The notes below the pieces were generated by a model. It saw only the letters and a list, made by a program, of their open reading frames with translations. It searched no databases and was not told the DNA's origin. Below, in pieces: positions 56,661-64,000 of a stretch of DNA of 64,000 nucleotides (positions within the stretch are counted from its first letter, which is position 1; every line of letters begins with the position of its first letter). Source of the stretch: an uncultured virus (IMG/VR IMGVR_UViG_3300020411_003822). Lineage: Duplodnaviria > Heunggongvirae > Uroviricota > Caudoviricetes. The translations under genes and the position numbers were made by a program. The stretch lies in IMG/VR virus record IMGVR_UViG_3300020411_003822; one strand, given 5' to 3'.

Positions 56661-57092
56661 TCACCTCATGTTATCGAGACCAATTAGAGGCACATCATTC
56701 AGACCTTCGCCTGTTTGTTCCTCAAGTTTCCTTCTTTGGTCTTCCATAGCCCCTTCCATCATCCTTCTTTGACCTTCCATCTCAAGGGACATTTGGAAGC
56801 GTTGAAGTTCTGCATTCATTTTCTTCATGCTTCTCCTGGATTGAGTCATCATTGTTTGAATGTAAGTTTGATCTTCGAGTCTTTCTTGGAAGAAAATCTT
56901 GTACAACATGAACGACACCATCTGGACGAAAGTAGCCGCCATCATGTATAATCCTCCTACCTTGAACCAATTATCTTCACTTGGGAACCACAGTTGTTGC
57001 TGGTGAATAGCAACTGCTGCGCCAATCAAAAATGAATTGACAAAAAGTAAGGTAAAAATCCGTAGAGTATTGTAGTCTCCGTCCTCTGCCAT
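56661..57092 (-). CDS. Two-helix membrane protein with C-terminal coiled coil
   Basis: Two hydrophobic helices then an M/Q/R/E-rich helix. Confidence 0.8.
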   Translation of the reverse strand: MAEDGDYNTLRIFTLLFVNSFLIGAAVAIHQQQLWFPSEDNWFKVGGLYMMAATFVQMVSFMLYKIFFQERLEDQTYIQTMMTQSRRSMKKMNAELQRFQMSLEMEGQRRMMEGAMEDQRRKLEEQTGEGLNDVPLIGLDNMR

Positions 57093-57105
57093 GACTGCGC
57101 CACCA

Positions 57106-57121
57106 CTTTCTGCCGTTTGAA
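57106..57121 (-). promoter_or_regulatory. Promoter motif TTCAAACGGCAGAAAG
   Basis: 29 nt upstream of ATG 57092. Confidence 0.75.
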
Positions 57122-57127
57122 CCTACC

Positions 57128-57787
57128 TCAATCGTATGCAACACCTAATGCACGGTGTCCTAAAGCAACCATTGCAGCACCAGCGAGAGCACCAATAAGG
57201 CCCCCAGTGACTCTATCTTTCCGTTTGTCTCCGACATAAGCGCCAATGACCGCAGGGATTCCAATTCCCAACAACAATGTCGAAGGCATCATTAATGCTT
57301 CCTTCCAATCCTTAACTTTGGTTTTCTTGTATTGGTTCATCTTCATCAATGAGAAAAGGCCAACCGCACTACCAACAACTGCTATTGAACCGCCAACATA
57401 CGGGTTGGACAGTCCCTCGGTCCATGCAGGCGTATCATTTCGACCACCAAAATAACCGCCAATAGCGCCTCCTACGATTCCAGATACAGCAGTCCTATTT
57501 CTTTGCTCCTTCTGCGTCTTACCTGCTGCTGAAGAAGCCAAATATCCCAAAGCACCTCCGACCAAACCTCCCAGGACACCATAAGCGACAGGATCAGTAA
57601 TGTAAGTTGTATTGCCCATTGGCTTTGAGCCATTTACCTGGACAGGAGTAGCTATGTTGCCGACCAAAGTGGGCGCATTTGTGTTCATAGCATTAACACG
57701 GTTCATTCTTGATTGGTGGGTTTCACCAACTCTTTGATTCCCAAGTAGTTCGTAATTTGTTTTTCCAATATGGCTCGCAGGCATCAT
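57128..57787 (-). CDS. Glycine-zipper multi-pass membrane protein
   Basis: GVLGGLVGGALG, GIVGGAIGG, GGLIGALAG. Confidence 0.8.
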   Translation of the reverse strand: MMPASHIGKTNYELLGNQRVGETHQSRMNRVNAMNTNAPTLVGNIATPVQVNGSKPMGNTTYITDPVAYGVLGGLVGGALGYLASSAAGKTQKEQRNRTAVSGIVGGAIGGYFGGRNDTPAWTEGLSNPYVGGSIAVVGSAVGLFSLMKMNQYKKTKVKDWKEALMMPSTLLLGIGIPAVIGAYVGDKRKDRVTGGLIGALAGAAMVALGHRALGVAYD

Positions 57788-58296
57788 TCTAAATCATCCT
57801 CCTCTTCTCTCAATGCAGCATCTGCCGCTTGTTGTAGTGAACTTAACTCATCGTCAGTCATTATGATCTCTCCTCTGCGCCTCTTATCCTGTTCTTCAGC
57901 CAATTCTTGAAGAGATTCTCCCATTTCCGCAATGTCTTCTAATTCTTCTTCTTCTTCCTCGAACGCATCCTCGACAAAACCACCATCTGCCTGTGGTCTT
58001 CCAAATGCGGAAGTAGAAACGGCTAATCTATATGCGATAGAAATGCCTGAGTAAGCACTTCTTCTTGTAATTCGAACAACCTGTTCAGCAGGCCACCCAG
58101 GTTCCATGTTCTGCCTTTCATCGTAGGGTATTGCAAGAGCAGCAGAAAGGAGGGCTGGATCATCAATTGCAATTTGAGGTAATTTGGAAAAATCCGACAC
58201 AGATGTAATGTCCCACGGTTCCAATTCTTTCAGTGCTACATCGTGAGAAATAATCTCGTGTAGTGGCACCATTGAGTGCTCTAACGCTCCCGCCAT
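57784..58296 (-). CDS. Acidic hypothetical protein
   Basis: Motif variant TTCAAGCGGT 29 nt upstream (58325). Confidence 0.75.
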   Translation of the reverse strand: MAGALEHSMVPLHEIISHDVALKELEPWDITSVSDFSKLPQIAIDDPALLSAALAIPYDERQNMEPGWPAEQVVRITRRSAYSGISIAYRLAVSTSAFGRPQADGGFVEDAFEEEEEELEDIAEMGESLQELAEEQDKRRRGEIIMTDDELSSLQQAADAALREEEDDLE

Positions 58297-58341
58297 ACAC
58301 GGGCGAGGTCGTTATACCGCTTGAAACTGCCGATGAAGTAA

Positions 58342-58500
58342 TTATTCAGAATCTTCTGAATCAAGGATCTTTTGGGCCAACGCCAAAAGTTCCGTGTAAG
58401 CAACATGAACTGTGTTATCAGGTACTTCTTTCTTGAGTACTACTTCGTTTCCGGCTTTGTTCTTGAAGGTATAGACGACTGTGCAATCTTGGTCTCGCAT
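58342..58500 (-). CDS. Small hypothetical protein (52 aa)
   Basis: MRDQDCTVVYTFKNKAGNEVVLKKEVPD...; ATG exactly 30 nt from a promoter motif. Confidence 0.7.
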   Translation of the reverse strand: MRDQDCTVVYTFKNKAGNEVVLKKEVPDNTVHVAYTELLALAQKILDSEDSE

Positions 58501-58511
58501 AAATCCCCTCA

Positions 58512-58530
58512 AGGGTCTCAGCCGTATGAA
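58512..58530 (-). promoter_or_regulatory. Promoter motif TTCATACGGCTGAGACCCT
   Basis: 30 nt upstream of ATG 58500. Confidence 0.8.
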
Positions 58531-58539
58531 TGCATCGGG

Positions 58540-58701
58540 TCATAACTCATTGAAGAACTTCGACAAACGAAGGACCTTTGCAAACCAGCGAATCCATAGC
58601 CATACAAGCATAACCAAAAAAACACAAGCAAAAATGCCAATCAGAAATAGTAAACAAAAATCGAAAGTACTGTAGGTAGTATTTACGACAACTTCACTCA
58701 T
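58540..58701 (-). CDS. Single-pass membrane microprotein (53 aa)
   Basis: ATGA overlap; MSEVVVNTTYSTFDFCLLFLIGIFACVFLVMLVWLWIRW... Confidence 0.65.
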   Translation of the reverse strand: MSEVVVNTTYSTFDFCLLFLIGIFACVFLVMLVWLWIRWFAKVLRLSKFFNEL

Positions 58702-59339
58702 CCCTTCCACCATTTCTTCTTCTTCTTCTTCTTCGAATCAGTTTTCTTCCGAAGAGGATTTGTGGATTCATCAGCTTCAGCCATCGCCTCCCGATTAGTC
58801 CATTCATAGAACCTTGTCATAATCTCGGTTCGCTCAAGTGGCCTAACACCATAACCAAGAACCTCCCAACCTGTATCCAAGCAATAGAACTGATGGGGTC
58901 GGAAAAAAGCATCGCATGCAATGGCAAACTTTGACTTCTGCAACAACTCTTCATTCTCTTCACCCTGTTCGAGATGGCGTTGGATCTGCGCAACCAATTC
59001 CTTCTGATCCAATTCAGGAGGATATTTGTAAACAAGTTTCGGCTTACCAGTCACCGCATCTATTCCTTCATAGACACGGCCAGTACCGCAACTTCTGCAC
59101 CGAGTTACCCTGGTGTGAGACATCGCATTCATGTTCTTCGTCACCACAGTAAAGAACTCTTCTTCAATTTCCAAAGAACCACACACCATGCAAGGCGGGT
59201 GTTTTTCCCCTCGCTGCACGGCAGGGTCATCTAATTCGCCACAATCCAATAACCGTGGCCAATTTTCTTCTTCCACAATGAGTTTACAAATTGGGCATTG
59301 GGAACCCCAATCATCAAATTGCAACAATTTATCTGCCAT
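58698..59339 (-). CDS. Multi-CxxC Zn-finger protein
   Basis: CPIC, CMVC, CRSC; Lys-rich tail. Confidence 0.8.
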   Translation of the reverse strand: MADKLLQFDDWGSQCPICKLIVEEENWPRLLDCGELDDPAVQRGEKHPPCMVCGSLEIEEEFFTVVTKNMNAMSHTRVTRCRSCGTGRVYEGIDAVTGKPKLVYKYPPELDQKELVAQIQRHLEQGEENEELLQKSKFAIACDAFFRPHQFYCLDTGWEVLGYGVRPLERTEIMTRFYEWTNREAMAEADESTNPLRKKTDSKKKKKKKWWKG

Positions 59340-60146
59340 CTAATCACCTCTGTTAGATACTACTTTACCAATTACAGAGTTCCATTGAATCAAAGCGTCA
59401 TTTCTCCACTTTGGAACACCAGAAACAAAAGCAGTTGGTATTTCAGTCGCGTCTTGAAATAGACGATCATGCGTACTCGTATGATTTTTGCCCCTGTAGC
59501 ATAGAACCTTTGTGTCTTCACACCATGCCACAGAACAACCTGCTCTCCACAAACGGAGGCCAAAGTCACAATCCTCTTGTCCATAAACACCATCAAACAA
59601 CAAATCAAAACCGCCTACTCTCTTCCATGCATCCTTCGTAAATGCCATGTGCATGCCATAGAAATGATTTGCCGCCCATGCTCCATCAGCACGCTTCTCA
59701 TCACCCAATCGTGAATCAGCCATAGGGCCTTGAATGATTTCTCCATCGTCTTGGATAACATCAAAAGTCGAAATCGATGCATCAAATCCTATTCGTGCGA
59801 TATTCAAATGCGAAAGTAAAGAGCCCTCGTAAAAGGCTGTTAAATCATCAATAGAAACAATCCAATCTCCAGTGCTTGCATTAACTCCCGCATTTCTTGC
59901 ACCAGAAGGGCAAGGCCCAAGTGCAGTAGGTTCATCACGAACATATACAAAATCAATATCTGGAATTTGAGCCATTGCTTGCTTGTACAAATCCTCTCTC
60001 GTTTCCCAAAGACGATCAACATAAACCAACTCTAAACTACAATCGTGTTTCTTCAACTCAGGCGCAGATTTTTGCAAGGAACGAACTAAATCTTCGAAAC
60101 CGGCCTTCTCACGGGCAGTTATCACCATTACACTCAACTTGTTCAA
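59340..60146 (-). CDS. Glycosyltransferase family 2 (GT-A)
   Basis: ARNAG...GDWIVSIDD, VGGFD..F..YGQEDCDFGLRL; TTG start after GGAGG. Confidence 0.9.
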   Translation of the reverse strand: MNKLSVMVITAREKAGFEDLVRSLQKSAPELKKHDCSLELVYVDRLWETREDLYKQAMAQIPDIDFVYVRDEPTALGPCPSGARNAGVNASTGDWIVSIDDLTAFYEGSLLSHLNIARIGFDASISTFDVIQDDGEIIQGPMADSRLGDEKRADGAWAANHFYGMHMAFTKDAWKRVGGFDLLFDGVYGQEDCDFGLRLWRAGCSVAWCEDTKVLCYRGKNHTSTHDRLFQDATEIPTAFVSGVPKWRNDALIQWNSVIGKVVSNRGD

Positions 60147-60262
60147 GGTAAATCCTCCATTCTGATTAATGTCCCACAAAAATGACACACCATATGGTGT
60201 ATGCAAGCCTCTTGCCCGCATCTGCGGCAAGTTATCGTTCCACTACTACTGTGAATCCCCAT
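60143..60262 (-). CDS. Zn-ribbon microprotein (39 aa)
   Basis: CRRCG...CHFCG; coupled at both ends. Confidence 0.65.
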   Translation of the reverse strand: MGIHSSSGTITCRRCGQEACIHHMVCHFCGTLIRMEDLP

Positions 60263-60354
60263 TATTCTTCCTCTCCTTTGCCATTACACTCAGGACAAGG
60301 CATCTCAATACAGAATCCAGTACCACTACAATGCAAACAAGGGAACGCAGACAT
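60262..60354 (-). CDS. DnaJ-type Zn-finger microprotein (30 aa)
   Basis: MSAFPCLHCSGTG...CPECNGKG (CxxCxGxG twice); GAGGAGG RBS. Confidence 0.65.
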   Translation of the reverse strand: MSAFPCLHCSGTGFCIEMPCPECNGKGEEE

Positions 60355-60355
60355 C

Positions 60356-62809
60356 TTATTCCTCCTCATCTGTTTGCGAACTTTGTGCTGTATTGTATTC
60401 CAGCAAATCCTTCGCATCATTATCAACCCATATTGGTTTGACGGGCATCACCCTATCCGGCCTAACAGACCACACAGAACAAACCTTGCTATACAAATCC
60501 AAGTGCTTTACTGCAATCTTGCCCCAATCTCTGTCTGCAGCCAAAGCCTCCACCCTCTGACCCATCTCCTGATAGGTTCTCTTGTCGGAATGGAACATAT
60601 TTACTGCAGTTTGAATAGCAACAGCCAGTGTCTTAGGATCTCGCTTGGAAGCTTTGATACAATGGACTCCGCCTATCAAATCTCTCAACCTGCCTTCATC
60701 TGTGCAAATCAAAGGTTTACCTGCGCCCAATGAACGCATAACAGCGCCCGATGTACTCAAAATCTCATGCCCTGGAACCCCACTGTAAGGGAACACAACA
60801 AAATCAGTTGCAGACAACATAAGGTCAAGCCTGTCATCATCCAAAAACTCTCGAATGAATGAAACTCCTGGAATACGCTCCGCAAGTTCAGCACATTGTT
60901 GCAAATAGGGCTCAACCTCCCAATGGGGGTGATCTCCAGCGTAAATTACCGCTTCGAAATAAGGACACAAATTCTCTCTTTGAACAATTTCAAGCGCCCT
61001 GATAAAATCCAGGGTGCCTTTAGAACGGGAGGCAAATCCATAGTTCAACAACATAGGCACGCCATCTGGAATCTTTGTCTCTGCCCTGGCCCCCTGCAAT
61101 TGGAGATGTTTGATAATGCCGTGAGGGATATGGGCAACAGGAGGGAAAACCCTGCCTCTAATCTCTTCAGCAACGAACTCATTGTGTGTAACAAAAGCGT
61201 CTGCAAAACTGGAGTGTGCAAGCAGGTGGCTCCACGCACCATCATGCGCATCACTAACAAAATCAGGAGTGTGGTATGTGAAAACAACTCGTGCATCAGT
61301 GTGGCGTAAGACTTCCCACATTTCCCTTGAACGACTAAACAATGCCCATTCATGCTGGACATGAATAACATCAGGGCGTATGTCATCAAGCGCCTGCTGC
61401 AGTGCACCTCCCGCATCATAGTTACGATCCCAACATCGAAGAACCTTGATAGGCCCTTCCAAATCAAATGCTCCTATAGGATATTCTTGAGTAGCTTCAG
61501 CCAAGACAAACACTTCTTGGTTTTGTCTTACCAAAGAGTCGGCAAGCATTTTGGTATATGTTGCGATACCACAATTCGTATCGTAAGTAGACAAAAACGC
61601 AACTTTCTGCATTTTTCTCGGAGACCGAACTGAAAGTTCCGGCTTATCTTGATTCAGAGAACTTTTTTTCATCAGCCTCTGTACAGTTGGCAAATAATGC
61701 TCTTCGAAAACCCTATCAAAATCATAATCTTCAGCCCACTGAATGCATTTTTGATGCCTATCGTGATATTTCCCTTCCTTCCATTCCTTGTAACATGTCT
61801 CCAAACGCACAACAATATCGTCCACACTTGGTATTGGATAATTGACACCGAGGTGATTTCTCGACTCCTTAGGTACAACCATTAGATCTGCATGCGCATT
61901 GAGTTCCTTCATGGCCCCGAAGGCTGTATTGATTACTGGAGTTCCAACTGCTTGTGCTTCTATCTGATAAATGCCAAAGCCTTCCTGAGATGAGCAATGT
62001 AACAACACATCAAGCCCAATTAACAAATCTCCCATTTCCTTTACAGTCAAACCTCTCCCTGAATCATACGATGAAGTGGACATGACTGTACCATGAGGGA
62101 GTAATTCGAGCATGTGGCCTATTTCTTCGGCTTGGAAGTGATTTGAACCCTTAACCCATAATCGAACATCTTCTTTGTCTGCAGCAAACCGTACAAAAGC
62201 CTCGATGTTTTCCTTTGGACATTTCCTCAAAGACATGTCGCCCAAAAATCCTACCAAAAAGCATCCTGTTGCATGCCTAAATGTTGCAGAAGCACGCACT
62301 GCTCTATGTGATGAAGACTGCTTAACCAATTCGGGGTCATATCCATGAGGCAAATATGACGGTGCAGGGAAATGTTGGTGAATAACCTCTGCGCCAAACC
62401 TGCTGATGCCCGCCAATTCATTTGCAGAATGCAAATCTGATATGTCGTGCGTGTTTAGATCATCTCCATCAACAGGAACCATCAGAAGAGAATTACGAAT
62501 GCCTTTCGTCAATTGCCCCCAATTGCGAAAGTTACCAAGACCAATCAAGCACCAATTTTCAATGAGATTTCTCTTACGCCAATCCAGAATATGACTTGCC
62601 AAATCGTTAGAAGTAAGTTTGCCAGGTAATTCTGAACAACCGTACACTTCAACCCCGTTTAATTCGAACATTTGTCCAGCGTAACCGTAATCACAAATAT
62701 GTGCAACAGAATATCCAGCGGCTTTCAAGCGTTCTCCAATCATTCTCAACTGACTACCGTAGCCCGTCTGTAGCATGGGTGGGTTTCCCAACAACACTAC
62801 GCCGTCCAT
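60356..62809 (-). CDS. Tandem double glycosyltransferase family 4 (GT-B)
   Basis: Domain 1: TGYG, EGFGI..IEAQAVGTPVI; domain 2: CGIATYT, HVQHE, GF...KG, PY...SGA...GKPLI. Confidence 0.9.
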   Translation of the reverse strand: MDGVVLLGNPPMLQTGYGSQLRMIGERLKAAGYSVAHICDYGYAGQMFELNGVEVYGCSELPGKLTSNDLASHILDWRKRNLIENWCLIGLGNFRNWGQLTKGIRNSLLMVPVDGDDLNTHDISDLHSANELAGISRFGAEVIHQHFPAPSYLPHGYDPELVKQSSSHRAVRASATFRHATGCFLVGFLGDMSLRKCPKENIEAFVRFAADKEDVRLWVKGSNHFQAEEIGHMLELLPHGTVMSTSSYDSGRGLTVKEMGDLLIGLDVLLHCSSQEGFGIYQIEAQAVGTPVINTAFGAMKELNAHADLMVVPKESRNHLGVNYPIPSVDDIVVRLETCYKEWKEGKYHDRHQKCIQWAEDYDFDRVFEEHYLPTVQRLMKKSSLNQDKPELSVRSPRKMQKVAFLSTYDTNCGIATYTKMLADSLVRQNQEVFVLAEATQEYPIGAFDLEGPIKVLRCWDRNYDAGGALQQALDDIRPDVIHVQHEWALFSRSREMWEVLRHTDARVVFTYHTPDFVSDAHDGAWSHLLAHSSFADAFVTHNEFVAEEIRGRVFPPVAHIPHGIIKHLQLQGARAETKIPDGVPMLLNYGFASRSKGTLDFIRALEIVQRENLCPYFEAVIYAGDHPHWEVEPYLQQCAELAERIPGVSFIREFLDDDRLDLMLSATDFVVFPYSGVPGHEILSTSGAVMRSLGAGKPLICTDEGRLRDLIGGVHCIKASKRDPKTLAVAIQTAVNMFHSDKRTYQEMGQRVEALAADRDWGKIAVKHLDLYSKVCSVWSVRPDRVMPVKPIWVDNDAKDLLEYNTAQSSQTDEEE

Positions 62810-62820
62810 GATGACTCCAG

Positions 62821-62838
62821 CCCTTTCAGCCGTTTGAA
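62821..62838 (-). promoter_or_regulatory. Promoter motif TTCAAACGGCTGAAAGGG
   Basis: 29 nt upstream of ATG 62809. Confidence 0.8.
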
Positions 62839-62851
62839 GTTAAGCAAAACA

Positions 62852-63076
62852 TCAGTGGTAAGCCATATCGAAGTCTTGTTTCTCAGTAGCTATGTCATTT
62901 AACTGCAACATCATTAAAGCAATTGTTGCAGGTGAGAGAGAGATATTGGATAATTGCGACCTGATACTTTGTGCTATTTCTATCCCCTGCTGTATTTGTC
63001 CATCCTCAAGATTTTCGATTTCTTTGAGGGAACGAACGACAAGATCTATCCAAAGTTGTTCCTCGCTACTCTCCAT
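62852..63076 (-). CDS. Small helical hypothetical protein
   Basis: ORF fills the gap; TTGATAA about 30 nt upstream. Confidence 0.6.
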   Translation of the reverse strand: MESSEEQLWIDLVVRSLKEIENLEDGQIQQGIEIAQSIRSQLSNISLSPATIALMMLQLNDIATEKQDFDMAYH

Positions 63077-63178
63077 TACCCGCGCCTTGTCTGATACGGG
63101 TTATCAAGGTTACTCGAACTGGTGTGATGGATAACCATTATACGGCTTGTGAAAGTGACGCCGGTTAAGGGGACTGAA

Positions 63179-63367
63179 ATGGCGGAATCACGGGGTAAAA
63201 CAATTCATGTAAGTGGAGAAGTGCATGCAAGATTATCAGCAATTGGTCGATTTCAAGACTCCTATAACGACATCATCAAGCGTTTACTCGATGAAAAAGA
63301 ATCTGCAGAAGCAGAAAGTGATGATTCGGGGGAAGACCATAATGGGCAAGAAGAAAGTAGTGAATGA
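63179..63367 (+). CDS. Archaeal-type RHH / antitoxin-like protein
   Basis: KTIHVSGEVHARL......SYNDIIKRLL; ATG 63179 after AAGGGG. Confidence 0.75.
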   Translation: MAESRGKTIHVSGEVHARLSAIGRFQDSYNDIIKRLLDEKESAEAESDDSGEDHNGQEESSE

Positions 63368-63734
63368 GATTGAAAGATTGTACCAAAGAAGCGGTACAAG
63401 TGTGCTATCGTTCCAGCATATAATGGACAATGTTGATGAAAAAAGATCAACCCTTCTTGGCGTCTTGTCCTCTCATCCACGATTATTCATGAAGCTGAAG
63501 AAGAATGTGTGGAAGTTAATCCCAGCAGGCGTAGCCGACTTAGAAACGATTTGTGCTGAATACGGCATAGATCGTGAGAAAATGGAATCAGTTATGGACG
63601 ATTCGGGCTCTCTACGGTATCATTGGATTAGAGTACAAAAAGAAGGCGATGGATTCTCCAGAAGAGAAATCCACTACATGATTCACACGATGAGAAAGGA
63701 CGGAAAATTATCCCTTCCTAATTCTACGCAGTAA
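63342..63734 (+). CDS. Hypothetical protein, possibly winged helix
   Basis: ATG 63342 after GGGGG; overlaps the RHH gene. Confidence 0.6.
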   Translation: MGKKKVVNEIERLYQRSGTSVLSFQHIMDNVDEKRSTLLGVLSSHPRLFMKLKKNVWKLIPAGVADLETICAEYGIDREKMESVMDDSGSLRYHWIRVQKEGDGFSRREIHYMIHTMRKDGKLSLPNSTQ

Positions 63735-64000
63735 TTGCACATCATTTGCAGGCATAGTAGGCTTCGAAGGCGGATTACGAATAGGTGGATCCCCCTGCAT
63801 TCTTTTTGCATACTTGTAAATCTGCCTTCGTTCTACAAACGCAAACTGTGCAATCCGTACTCCCGAATAATGCCTGGTTCTTGTCCTTGAGGGAATATCT
63901 GCCCGTTGAGCGGCAAGGTAAATTGCCGATGCCGCTTGATTCTTTGCAGGGACATTAGACAAAGGTATTGCACACAACTCCTTCGCCATTTTGTTAATCT
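63708..64000 (-). CDS. 5'-truncated TFB/TFIIB-like cyclin-repeat protein
   Basis: AASAIYLAA...IAQFAFVERRQIYKYAKRM resembles the TFB cyclin repeat and its HTH; frame open to the window edge. Confidence 0.55.
   Translation of the reverse strand, partial: INKMAKELCAIPLSNVPAKNQAASAIYLAAQRADIPSRTRTRHYSGVRIAQFAFVERRQIYKYAKRMQGDPPIRNPPSKPTMPANDVQLLRRIRKG

Larger units (their letters stand above)
1..64000. mobile_element. Segment of a large archaeal virus / virus-like element, probably tailless and membrane-containing
   Basis: Mostly orphan genes in tight operons with overlapping stop/start codons; packaging-type ATPase, structural-looking beta-rich proteins, viral-type chaperonin, serine recombinase; no housekeeping, ribosomal or tRNA genes seen. 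Archaeal host inferred from the thermosome, TFB-like fragment and promoter spacing. Confidence 0.8.

Noticed and set aside
63179..63734. Toxin-antitoxin pair
   Set aside because: The RHH gene is antitoxin-like, but the partner shows no PIN, RelE or other toxin motif I can recognise.
1..64000. Specific host or virus family assignment (e.g. marine Poseidoniales virus) or a eukaryotic giant virus
   Set aside because: Operons, SD sites and promoter spacing argue for an archaeal host rather than a eukaryote, but a precise host cannot be supported without phylogeny or CRISPR-spacer matches.

Overview
Gene-dense window (about 43% GC by eye; GGTGA-type ribosome-binding sites; TATA-like boxes about 30 nt before starts) that reads as part of a large archaeal virus or virus-like element. 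Archaeal signs: a group II chaperonin, a TFB-like cyclin-fold fragment and RHH regulators. Virion-type genes: an FtsK/HerA (A32/P9-like) ATPase, a histone-H1-like basic protein with membrane anchors, beta-rich capsid/penton/spike candidates and many small Gly-rich membrane proteins. No terminase, portal, tail tube or polymerase was recognised, so a tailless membrane-containing virion is inferred but not proven. The most striking system is two adjacent giant polyproteins (3041 and 1203 aa). In them unrelated enzyme domains (PAP2 phosphatase, 3 ADP-ribosyltransferase-like, 2 GNAT, guanylate kinase, ATP-dependent DNA ligase, Zn amidohydrolase-like, JAB-like and others) are joined by a recurring Asn-Pro(-Pro) linker. 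The linker is conserved at protein level only and recurs in other genes, suggesting a processing or packaging signal. Other highlights: a Gly-centred (GLG/LRG) motif in membrane proteins; a papain-like protease candidate; a promoter motif TTCAWACGGCTGA 29-31 nt upstream of at least 6 genes; two parallel divergent RHH/structural-operon switches; an Arf-like small GTPase in a membrane-protein cassette; a serine recombinase beside a hairpin-dense non-coding region; and a glycosyltransferase pair. All family assignments are motif recognition by eye; no database search was run.
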